A stretch of 62,499 bases of DNA, the filler included. It is 12 parts of 12 records of this genome, joined end to end, with 100 filler letters (N's around TTAATTAATTAA, not from the genome) between each part and the next. Parts side by side here need not be neighbours in the genome. Positions count along the whole stretch, not along the records: positions 42,622 to 52,612 come from SRR7504441_6294; positions 52,713 to 57,059 come from SRR7504441_6301; positions 57,160 to 62,499 come from SRR7504441_6309; 9 more parts are not named here. One strand, 5' to 3'. The number at the start of each line of letters is the position of its first letter. Position 1 is the stretch's first letter. Below the pieces are notes generated by a model. The model was given only the letters and a program-made list of their open reading frames with translations. It was not told the origin of the DNA and did no database searches. The translations under genes and the position numbers were made by a program. Of this stretch, positions 52,229 to 62,499 are shown piece by piece.

Positions 52229-52874
52229 GATGGTTGCAGTGCTCTCCGTCCTTCCGTGCCGTCACTCTCGAGAACGCGAGCGTTGCAGGGTCTTCAGATC
52301 AGCCAGCAAAATTCTCACACCAGAAATCCAGAATGTTCTCATACAGTACCAGCGTTTTCATGATCAGCTAGCGTTATGCCCCTCACATCAGCTAGATCAC
52401 TTGAGCCGCAGGACAAGTGAGCATGACAAGCCGAGCCTGACCCACTGTGCAGCCCAATGCCGGCCGATTCCTTGTCCGGAGCGTAGTAACCGGCTAGCAT
52501 GCCCCCTGCGCCGGCTGCGCGACACCGACTAGGTCAGTGGAGTCAATCAAGGAGGAAATAGATGCCGCCCGGCCGCTCCGGTTCGGCCGGCTCAGGTCCG
52601 CCCGGCGGGCGCNNNNNNNNNNNNNNNNNNNNNNNNNNNNNNNNNNNNNNNNNNNNTTAATTAATTAANNNNNNNNNNNNNNNNNNNNNNNNNNNNNNNN
52701 NNNNNNNNNNNNCGCCCGCCGCCATAGGCATGCCGTGCCACCAGGCCAGCCGATCCGCGGGCCCTATAGCCAGTCGCTACAGCCATCGGCGGCCAGGAGT
52801 CCCGAATATAAAAACTCATCCCAGCCTGCCAGTAACCTGTACGGTAGACTCTAGTCTGGAAACTGGGCTGGGGG

Positions 52875-53989
52875 ATGGAGGAGGGGCGGACGCTGGTGGG
52901 GGAGGCCGAGCTGAACCGGATCCGGCACCTGGCCAAGGGCTACGACCTGCTGTGCCAGGAGTTGGTCCAGACTGAGCAGCTTGAGCACGCCAAGGTGCCC
53001 GAAGGCCAGCCATTGAGCCAGCAACAGTTCGACCAAATAGTCAGCCAGTTCATCGCCGTCGGCAAGCTCTCCGTGGATGATCTGGAGGCGACCAGTCGAG
53101 ATTTTAAGTCTGACCAGCGGGCAGGAGTTCCTTATAGGCCAGTGTGCGGCGAGTCAGCAGGGGACGGGGCTGGCTGGGCATTTGAAGGAGAGTCTGTTTG
53201 TGACGGTGCGCTTAGCCTGCCGGCCCGTCGGACGGTGGGCAGCTCGAGCGGAACGTGCAACTGAACTTGGAGGAGAGGGTTATGCTCAATGGGCTGTACC
53301 ATAACTTCACCGAGCTTCAGGAGGACCAGATTGAACACACGCTGCCTGACCTCGAGCGCGAGCAGCTTGCCGCAGTGGCCCCAGGAAGTGAGCAGCAGGT
53401 CGAGGGCTCGATGCACCTAGCGCAGGCAGCTGTTGCTCGCAGTGGGTGGGAGCCAGGGGGGGCAGTGGATGCGTTACCACACTAGACTGAAGCAGCACAA
53501 GGGCGTTGTAGCGCTGGCAAAGCACCTGCAGCGCACTCTGGCCACAATCCCGCTAACACTGCACGAGCACCTGCTGATAGAGCAACTCTTTTGCACAGTG
53601 CAGCAGTGCGCCACGATGGCCCCAGACCTGAGCCAGCCTCTTGGACCGGATTGGGTCGACCAACTGATGCGCTGGCAGTCGAGGGTCAACAGGCAGAAAT
53701 AAACCAGAGCGCCTGGCTCACGCCACACAGGTACTTTCCTGCTTACCAGCCGTTGTCGGCAGCGCTCGGCGATGACATGGCGCCCCACATGACTGAGTTG
53801 GCTGCGGTGAGGCTGGCTGCTGGACTGCCAGATGTGGGGCAGCTTAAGGATTACTACCTGCAGCTCAAGAGGGAGCAGGGTCCCAAGCGACTGGCAGTCA
53901 CGCTCGAAGGGGTCATGCATCAGATCCCACCGGTGGTCCTACTAGCTGCTTCACCCACCCGGTTGGTAGGACAAGCTACAGAGCGCTGA
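52875..53989 (+). CDS. Multi-exon hypothetical protein
   Basis: ORFs 52875, 53255, 53433 and 53591 are joined in frame by 37-46 nt introns. Confidence 0.55.
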
Positions 53990-54594
53990 GCAAGCTGTGG
54001 GTTACCCTCAAGTCAAGCGCGGCAGTTACACCTGCGTAAGCTGCCTGCCTGCGGGCCTGGGTCGCTCAGTGCGGGCTGGCAGGGCTTGCAGCGCGGTTGT
54101 CGGTCGGCCTGCTTCTTGATGTAGCTTTTGTGAAGCGCCCACAAGCTTGAAGAGCATTGCTTAAACCTCGTAAAAATAATCCAAGTTCCGGGTTCGGGCC
54201 GCGGCCGAGTTCCGCCTCGGTACCGCCTCGGAACTCCTCTAAAAAATTTGACACACACATTGTTTCGCGTGAATCGCTCCTTATAGCGGCACGTAAGTCG
54301 TGATAAATTTTAGTCGTCGCGCGATTCCCTCGCCCCAACTGCACCGTAACTACGTAACTGCACCGAGGGCGGGCAAGGTCGCTGCCACAGGATCGCAGGA
54401 GACAGCGTCACCTAGCACACCGAGCCTTGGTCTCCAACTTGACGCTCTCGGCCTCCTTCTCCCCCTTCGTCATGTTTGGACGGCCTGGTCGCCGTCTGAT
54501 GCAATACAGAGGCGATTTAGTCACTTAGCGGGCATTGAGTTGTTAGTCCTCCTAGGATGCAATACAAAACTTCATTGATTGATAAACCTTAGCT

Positions 54595-56963
54595 TTATAA
54601 ACAGCCACACAATCGCCGGGTGGAATGGTGTTTGGCTTGGCAGCCCAGCTTCTCCGGAATATCAGTGACTAAGCATTGCTGATGAGTTGGCTGAGCAGGA
54701 TCATTCACATAGCACGGGATCTCTCCGCCCAACTGGTGCCCTGCAACCCACCTGAGTGCCTGGACACTCCATGTGCGTACCGCACCCATGCTCACAGGCA
54801 AACTTACTAGCGAGGTCGTTACAATTATTAATAAATTCCAGCGCATCGGCATTGCATCGGAGCTTCTCACGCTTGCAGGCCATCGCACACGATTCACCAT
54901 TCCGGGCACCCACGAGCTGCAGACCGGTTGGCCGAGACCACCGCTCGTTCATTGGCCCGTATTGTGTCTTCCGCCGATCCAGCAGCAGCAGCCGGCGTCC
55001 ATTAAGACGGGTCTGGAGCACCCCTAGATGCCACCCGCGCGGCTGGCTACTAGGGAGCCCGAGTCCACTCGCAATCCGGGCAAAGTGCTCACGGACAAAA
55101 TACATTAGACAGGCAGATGAGAAATCCGACATCCCGCAGCCAGTCTTGAGTTGATCAGCAGAGACCACAAGCGTGCCTGCGCTGACCGCTGCCTTCATCT
55201 GAGCGTGGTACTTATCGCGGAGCAGGTAATCGACTTTTCCAAACCCTGCCGTGGATCACATCAGACCGCAGTGGCAGTGAGCACACCTGGCTGGTCCAAG
55301 TCCGTCGAGCTGCCAAAGTCGCGTCGGCTGAACTCAGCTACCGCACTTTCTGAGTTCACATTACTGCCAGAGGTGGAGATGTGTTTGGTGCGAGACACCT
55401 CAGGGTAAATGCACTCGTTTTCCCCGGAGAACCCCGCCTGCTGGCTGCTCAGCTGCGGTCGTGTTGGCAAGCACCTGATGGCGAATCCAGTGGTCCCATC
55501 CAGTCGAGGGTCGGCTGGGCCAAATTGCACGCAGCTTACGCATCCAGGTCTCACGCGCCAACATCCAACCCAGTCCTGGGAAATAGCCAGTGCGCAGCAG
55601 CTGACGGACCGCGCCGGTGCGCATGCTCTTGTGGCTACCGGAGCTGCTGGCTGGTCCGCCAAAATTGGCAGAGAATCCGTTATCGTTCCAAGCAGAGATG
55701 CACCAGAGAGACGGGTCCTTGGCGAGCAGCCAGCCGGTCGATTCAAATAGCTGCAGGAAGTCTGGGGCCACCTGGAGGTGTCTTTTATAGGTTAGAGCAC
55801 AACGGGCAGATGCCTGCAAGTCGTCTTCGAGCATGATCAAGTGACTATGCTCTTGGACGCTAAACGCCTGCAGGCTGGTCAGTCTGGTATGAGGCGGTCA
55901 ATGCCTGCTCCATGACAGACCGGAAGTGATTAGCAATCTTGTACAACGCTTGGCCTGGCCCAGGCTGGCAGCTTGCTGGTCAGTCAGCACACCAGAACTC
56001 GGCATGAAACTTGGTGGACGGTCCAATGTCCATGTCTTAATCTGGTGCCCACTGGAGCTCGCCGCCTCGTTCACGACACGCTCGAGAGCAGGGGCGCTCT
56101 TAGGGTTGTCCATCGATACATACAGCCTGCCGCCCGGCTGGCCCGGCTGCCATCGGCCAGGAATCGCACTGGAATCTCTTAAGCTCCTGCAGCTGGGTGA
56201 GCGAACGCAACACAACCGCCAGGTCATGCGGCCTGTTGTGCGCTAGCACCACCACTGCTGGCGACTTGAGGCGACATTCGCTCAGTCTCAGTGGGCAGCT
56301 TCTGAACGCGTGCCGCAAGGCTGGGTCCTCGGCCTCGCTACTTGCTCTGGCAGGTGGATTAAACTTGTGCTGCGGCGGCGCTACGGTGAGCTCCTGGGGT
56401 GAGCTAGCCCGGTGTGACACTGAAGCCTTCGTTTCCACTCTGCCGCTGCCATTCTCTGCTTCAGCAGCAGCGTCCGCACGCCTAACTTCCTCCGCTGCCA
56501 GGGCTGCATCCTCAGGCTTCTTCTTTGCAGCTTTCCCCACCTCGTGCTTCGCCCGTTTCCTCGTGCTCTCCTCTACTTCTCGCCACGTTACCGCCTGGTC
56601 AGCTGCTGCGGTCTTCGCGGCCTTACGCTGCTCCTCCACCGCGGCTTTCTCGGCCTGGCGCTTCCTCGCCGCGGCCTTGTCAGCCTTACGCTTCTGTAGA
56701 TTCCTTGCTGCTACTGCGGTCTCTTCGGCCTTACGCTTGTCGACCTTGATGGTGCGCTCCCTGTAAAAGGCAGCACCGCCGCTCTCGGCCCCGCGCTGCA
56801 CCTTGTGTAGCATCTGCTCTGCCGCCTCCGTCGGCGGCCGAGGCACAGGGAAGCTGGGTCCATCGCGGCTGCTGAATCTGTGAAGAAATATCAGCCCAAC
56901 AGTGAGCAGTACCATCCCAAACACCCCAAGGCATAGCCGCGGACGGCTGACACGCCGGCCCAT
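54595..56963 (-). CDS. Type II membrane GT13 (GnT-I/POMGnT1-like) N-acetylglucosaminyltransferase with a Cys-rich C-terminal domain; about 7 introns
   Basis: N-terminal TM; VVLAHNRP, KIANHFR, IMLEDDLQVAPDF, CISAWNDNG, TGYFPGLGWML, WDHWIR, CIYPEVSRT. Confidence 0.9.
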
Positions 56964-57725
56964 GTCCGATCGGTTGATGTCGATGTCCGTTCTTTTGAAA
57001 TGCCTCAGCCGCTCAGTCTAGAAATTAATTTTAGGGGTTCTAACGCGGTTTGGAGGCATNNNNNNNNNNNNNNNNNNNNNNNNNNNNNNNNNNNNNNNNN
57101 NNNTTAATTAATTAANNNNNNNNNNNNNNNNNNNNNNNNNNNNNNNNNNNNNNNNNNNNTTGGTGCTGAAGCAACACCAGCACATGGCACTCGGCTCAGT
57201 CGGCTGGACTACCGTTTTACGTTACAGCAACATGTACGAGTACTCAACGGGAGGCCATGCTATCGATCGGCACATTCTCTAGCTACCAGTACAGTCTAGC
57301 TTAGGGGTAGGTCTTAAGGCCATATCATATGAGTTACTTTTTGGAGTGTTGAACGCTCCCCTACAGTACTCTCGTATCAAATGCATGGAACGACTCTACC
57401 AGTACTGTAATGTTAGAACGAATCGGACTTTGTGTACTGTACATGTACACAGGTACACCCTGCACCTACCCTGTACCATTCGTGCCTCCATGGAAATGCA
57501 ATGGATATACCAGCCCGCGTGATACACCGACCGGCGCCGACCGGTACGTATGCGTACGCGCACTTGTCTACGAGTACACGATTCTACATATGTGCACATA
57601 TTAATTTTGATTATTTAAGCTCGTGACGGCTTGCACTGTTTACTACATTATGAATTCATTTCTATATCAACTTGACTGCAATTTCACTACTATTTCACAT
57701 GGGTTACTTAGAACTTCCCGGCCGC

Positions 57726-58390
57726 TCACACCCAGCGTGCTTGCGCCTCAGCTGCCGCCGCCGTCGTCTGCACGTTAGTGGGATTGAGTTCCGTCCTCGC
57801 CGCAGCCGAGAACGAAGCAGTGCGCTGCGTGGGCACGGCATCTGGCTTCGGTGGAGGCGGTGGCCTGTACTCCGGGACAGCGTCCTGCTTCTGCTGAGGT
57901 TGCAGCTCAAAGGAAGTAGCCTGCTCGAAGCTCGGCGGCGGCGGCTGGCTCTCCGCAGGCGCCCCGGATTCTATGAAGCCCGTGTACCTGGTGGCCCTGG
58001 TCTCTGGGCTATCCGGTGGCGTCGGCGGCTCGGCCGGGGCCGGCTCTGGCGATGGGTCTACGATCTCGCCGAGCGCTTCTTTATGTTTGCGGATCACTTC
58101 CTCCAAATGCTCGATCTTTGGCCTGTACTCGTCCACCAGCTGGTCCACGTGGGCGTAGTCCCGAACCCGGGCATAATTGAACGCCTTCACGCCCCACTCC
58201 TGCTTGAGCCCCTTGATCTCTCTCTCCGCGTTCGAGATCTTGATCACATGCTCCGGTTTTGAGAGCCCTTCCCCCATGGAGTCGAACCCCTGGCCTATTT
58301 CCCTGGAAAGTTCGGCGAAGCCCTGCCGCCCAGGCTCTGGCCGGCCCGGCCCGTCAGGCACACCTCCTTGAAGAACTCGCGGACCGGCAT
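57726..58390 (-). CDS. Hypothetical protein with coiled coil and Pro-rich tail
   Basis: MPVREFFKE-(41-nt intron)-GFAELSREIGQGF..EREIKGLKQEWGVKAF. Confidence 0.55.
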
Positions 58391-58506
58391 GCTGTCGCCC
58401 TCTCCGCTGCACTGCAGCGCTTGGCCCAACCGCCTGCAGCTGACGCCAACGGCCACCCGACCGCTGACTGGGGAGGGTGTGAGCTCCCTGAGGGTGTGGG
58501 TACCAT

Positions 58507-59544
58507 ATGCAGTCGTCGGAGCGGGTGGTGTGCGACGGGATAGTGCTGGCGGCCGCCCTGCGCGAGCTTATGGCCGAGCCTGGGGACTCGGCGCCCGCCT
58601 CCGGGGGCAGGGCTGAGCCCGCGGCAGATGGGTTTGCTATTCGGCTCGGTGGACCGACGGACGATCGGAGTGATCGACGACATGAACGCCGAGCGGGCCG
58701 AGCAGCAGGACTCGATCGGTGCACGGCCCGGGGCCTGGCTGACCGGTCGGCAGTGCTCGAGCTGGCGGACACAGCGAGCAGCAGCTGGCACGACGGCAGG
58801 GGGAACGTGCACCAGGCGGGGCTCAGCGCGATCGTAGCGGCGCGGGCGCCGATGGTCCGCGCCGGCCGGGGCGCGGGCGAGTGGGTGGGCAGCGGCTGGT
58901 GGGCTGGTTGGTCAGTAGGGTGAACACTAGCCTACGGGCCAGTCTGAAGGAGCAGTCCGTGCATCGAGGCCTCCAGCAGGTTTTGCCTAGCCCACCAGCC
59001 TACGAGCCCGGCGCAGTGGCTCGAAGCCCAGGGGGGGGAGCTCCCGTTCGTGTTCATGATGATCGGGGCGAGTGTGAGCGCCTCGGGTGACATCATCACA
59101 CACGATTTGAGGGTTTTAGGCCCAGCCAACAAGTGAGCCGCTGCCCAGCCCGGTCCGACCCAAGGGCAGGGGAGAGTTAAATCAACTGGGCGCGATCCCG
59201 GTGCTGTTCCGCAACCTCGGGGCCAGCGCACAGCACGAATACCAAGGCTTTCTCTCTTGTTCAGCCAGCCCTGTGGGTGCTCTGCCTGAGTGGGTGCCTG
59301 CATCCGGGGCTGTGGCGAGCCGGCGGCAGGGCGGCGCCGGAGGGCGAGAACGCGCTGCAACGATTCGTGGAGGAGTCGCTGTCGCGGATTGAGGTGCTGG
59401 CGGTGGCTGCGTAGCCGGGATGAGGATCAGGTGGACGGGGCCGCTACGGTCGATCTGATGCAGCAAGTGTCGCTGGCGCAGGGAGAAGTGGCCGAGCTAG
59501 AGCGTAAGATCGCGGCGCAGAAGGAGAAGCTGCTCGACAACTAG
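58507..59544 (+). CDS. Abraxas/ABRO1 (FAM175) MPN-minus protein; multi-exon
   Basis: Spliced DGIVLAAALRELMAEPGDS-MGLLFGSV..IDD..WHDGRGNV..LVGWLVSR..SLKEQSVHRGL..IPVLFRNLG follows the Abraxas pattern; C-terminal coiled coil. Confidence 0.75.
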
Positions 59545-59669
59545 CAGCCACTAGCGCCACTTAAAAGTGTATCTAGAGGCAAATTGACGATTGATCATTT
59601 TTCGATCACTTTTCACAATTTGAACCGATACAATCCGCCGGGGGGACCCGAGCCCGACAGCGGCGACCG

Positions 59670-59700
59670 AGAGCTACGGGAGCTACGGGAGCTACGGGAG
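59670..59700 (+). repeat. 9-nt tandem repeat (gagctacgg) x3
   Basis: Directly visible. Confidence 0.8.
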
Positions 59701-59863
59701 TGAGGGGATGGGCACCATCAAGATTGCGGAAGGCAATCAACAGTAGGCCGCAAGATCCCAGCGGGCGGGGCGCCGAGCCGGATGCATTGTCGTTATTAGG
59801 TCGTTTGGGCTCAAGTATTTGCGTGCAGAGCACTGGTGGCTGGGGCCGGCGCGACTTGCACCG

Positions 59864-61150
59864 ATGGCCTCGCTTTGCCTGGACAAGAGCCGGGTGCTGG
59901 CCTGGCCAGGCCGGCCAGCAAACCCCCCGGCAGCGGGCCCAGGAAGAGCGCGACGAGGACGGCGTCCGGATCCTGTCGCTGCCGCGGCTGATAGAGCTCA
60001 TCCACGAGATCTGCGCCTCCAAATCCAAGGCAGCCCGCCCGGTCCGGGGGGGCGGTGCGACCGGCCGGTCAGTTTGACAAGAAGTGCGCCGAGGGCGGGC
60101 TGCCGCGCGAGACGATGGAGCAGCACCTGTACACGTTCCTTTACCAGAAATATGGACTCCGATCGCTGATGATCGGTGCCCCCAGCGAGCGCCAGACTGG
60201 GGCCAGCCCGGGGGCAGACTGGGCGTCGGCGATTATCAAGGGCATCAAGGCGTACCAGGCTGACGACACTTGGGTCCGTCCCGGCCCGGTGGGCGCGGAG
60301 GTCTGGCAGGTGGGGACCTTTGGCAAGATCCTCCGGAATGAGCTGAACGAGGACTTTAGGTTCGTGCTGCAGGAGCTGGAGCGGGAGACCGACCGGCTGG
60401 TGTCGGAGTACCTGCGGGCCAAGCACGCTCTCAAGGTGGCCATCCGGGCCCGGCGGCGCCGAGCGGGGCGGGCAGTCGGACTCCTACACAACGAGGCTGA
60501 GCACCAGGTATAGGAGTAACGAAGTGCCGATGGACCACGCGATGTGGGTAGACATCATCAAGCACCTGTACGACGACGATGACGCGCTCCGAGTGATCAG
60601 CAAGGCTTGAGCTGCCGCTCGCGACCCGCTGAGAGTGCCTGCCGCAGGTGCTTGAGGCCACGGGATTGGCAGAGACTACAGAGCAGGAGCAGCGCAACCC
60701 GGCCGCCGATGCTGCGAACGGCCCGTCGGAAGCCCAGACCCGGTCGCTGTTTGGGAAGTCTACGGTTGTCGCGATGGAGATCTTCCACGACGACCTTGTG
60801 GCGGTCCTGGCTCGAGGCGGGCTGTGGCTGAGCTTGCCGGGGCAGATGGTGATGCAGTGCCAACTAGAGGCGCAGCAGCGGTATATATCCAAGTTCCTGC
60901 AGCTGTTCCGCCGATTCGATGCTGATCGGAACGGTGACATACCGGCCGGGCCGGGGGATCGGATTGTTGCATGGCAGGCATACTAAACGAGCATGAGTTC
61001 AGGCAGCTGCTGCTCTCGCTGGGCTCCAAGACCGAGAAGCAGCTATACAAGTGCATCAAGGAGATAGATCCGCACAACCATCAGTCGATCTCGTTCTCAG
61101 AGTGTGTGGTGCATCTAGCGGTTGAGATAGATGCGATGCAAAACAAATAG
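59864..61150 (+). CDS. TSNAXIP1-like protein with C-terminal EF-hands; about 8 small introns
   Basis: LIELIHEICASKSKFDKKC..PRETMEQHLYTFLYQKYGLRSL..WASAII..FGKILRNELNEDF; FRRFDADRNGILNEHEF. Confidence 0.78.
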
Positions 61151-61340
61151 ATAAGCAGACAAACAGGGCGCAGCGCGCTCGCACAATTATATGTACACCC
61201 ATCTTGACTCCTGTAGCATTGATACTCATTACTATATGCGAATTGTTGCCAGGCTGAATACATGTAGCCCTCGAGCCCTATCACTGTGCTGCAGTCAGCT
61301 AGCTAGTAGATCTAGATCGAGTGCGCCGACGTTCTCACGA

Positions 61341-62417
61341 ATGGAGAGCCTGGGCGAGCCCGAGTCGGGCGCTCTGGTCGGCGAGTGCGAGCAGTGGGCT
61401 TGCGAGGCGGAATGGCAGGACCGGCTCGCCCGACGCGACTTTCACCCGCTCGAGCTCGACGCGGCCAGCGGCCAACCGGACCGGGCCCGCTGCTTGGCCC
61501 GGTACCGCCGGAGCGACGCCGGGCGGGTGATTCGGCCGGAGACGGTCCGGACGGTCTGGACGCTCGGGCGGGCGGTGGTCCAGCTGATCGGGCTGATGGA
61601 CCATCCGCGGGTGCCGTTCGGGCAGCAGTACGGTTTTATGCATGACCGGTTGCGGGCGGTCACCCAGGAGCTGATAGTGCAGGGGGCCGTCCGGAGCCCA
61701 GAGGCGGTGTGGTCGCACGTCGTGACGCTGCGGTGGCACCTGCTCGCGCTGAATCAAGACTGCTCGGGGGTCGACACCCGCGAGCTCGGCCGAGCCATCG
61801 CTTCCAGTGTGGCGTGTGTGCTGGGGTGTGCGGCCGCAGGGGTGGCTGCGGACAGCAGTGGGCTGGGAAGCTGTGGCGATTGGGAACTGGACGGCTGGGT
61901 GGTGGCACTGCTGCTCGCCCGCACCGCAGGAGTCCCAGCCAGTGCCCGGCTCCGCCAAGTGCCTAGTCCAATCCGGCGCCATCGTCTGTTTGGACGCGCG
62001 GCAGCAATTGTGGCAGCGGAGGCGCGCGGCGACTTTTGTGAGTACTTTAGGCTACTCCGAGATGCTGGGACGCCGCTGCTGTGGGCGTGCGCCTGCTCCC
62101 TCCGTTTTGGGGCGGTGCGGCGACAGGCGATGCTGGCGCTTGGCACGGGAATGGTAGGGCCTGCCAAAAAGCAGCGGCTGCCACTAGCACTGTTGGAAAG
62201 GGCGCTGGGGACAGATTGTCCGGGGCAGACGGCGGCTATATGCAGGTCTGCGGGGCTGGAGGTCGATCAAGCTGCGGGCTGCGTGGTGATGCGGAGGAAT
62301 TGTAGTCCTGCTGCGCCTGAGAGTGCGGGAATTGAGCTGTCAGCACAGCAATGGATTGAGAGCAAACGGGGGATTTTAAACGACCGACAGGTGCAGCTGG
62401 GCGGGGCGAGGGGCTAA
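61341..62417 (+). CDS. SAC3/GANP-domain protein (SAC3D1-like)
   Basis: LVGECEQWAC..E, HPLE, YRRSDAG..PETVRT, YGFMHDRLRAVTQEL, YFRL, VRRQAM. Confidence 0.85.
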   Translation: MESLGEPESGALVGECEQWACEAEWQDRLARRDFHPLELDAASGQPDRARCLARYRRSDAGRVIRPETVRTVWTLGRAVVQLIGLMDHPRVPFGQQYGFMHDRLRAVTQELIVQGAVRSPEAVWSHVVTLRWHLLALNQDCSGVDTRELGRAIASSVACVLGCAAAGVAADSSGLGSCGDWELDGWVVALLLARTAGVPASARLRQVPSPIRRHRLFGRAAAIVAAEARGDFCEYFRLLRDAGTPLLWACACSLRFGAVRRQAMLALGTGMVGPAKKQRLPLALLERALGTDCPGQTAAICRSAGLEVDQAAGCVVMRRNCSPAAPESAGIELSAQQWIESKRGILNDRQVQLGGARG

Positions 62418-62499
62418 CGCGGCGGCAGGTGGTCTCTGGTGAGGCGACGCCGTTCTGTGGCGATAGTCCGGCTGCGAGCTGGCAAGAAGTGGTGCTAGA

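Noticed and set aside
50364-56963. PMT next to a POMGnT1/GnT-I-like gene as an O-mannosyl glycan cluster
   Set aside because: They lie on different contigs separated by spacer 52613-52712

Overview
The window is not one locus. It is 12 unrelated contigs of about 4-10 kb, joined by artificial 100-nt spacers (N44-TTAATTAATTAA-N44). The DNA comes from a compact, GC-rich genome of a probably flagellated eukaryotic microbe; the lineage cannot be determined from the sequence. Genes are densely packed, often head-to-head, and split by many tiny spliceosomal introns (mostly 36-49 nt), so most ORF-track entries are gene fragments or antisense noise. Recognisable genes include HSP90, SPT6, NOL10, EDRF1, SF-assemblin, calcyphosin, Abraxas, TSNAXIP1, a SAC3-domain protein, PMT, a GnT-I-like enzyme, a GH2 hydrolase, a calpain, a DeSI peptidase, and TLDc, PWWP and TRIC-family proteins. 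Highlights: (1) a small membrane protein missed by the ORF track, with an in-frame TGA in a UxxC motif and a textbook type II SECIS element downstream, i.e. a probable selenoprotein resembling the C18orf32/UPF0729 N-terminus; (2) a two-repeat cation channel with degenerate S4 segments fused to dCache-like sensor domains; (3) frequent GC-AG introns with atypical donors and one candidate GA-AG intron; (4) a calpain with zf-GRF, UIM and SIM-like modules; (5) a P-type ATPase N-terminus lacking TM1-2. All exon structures and family calls were made by eye, with no database search.
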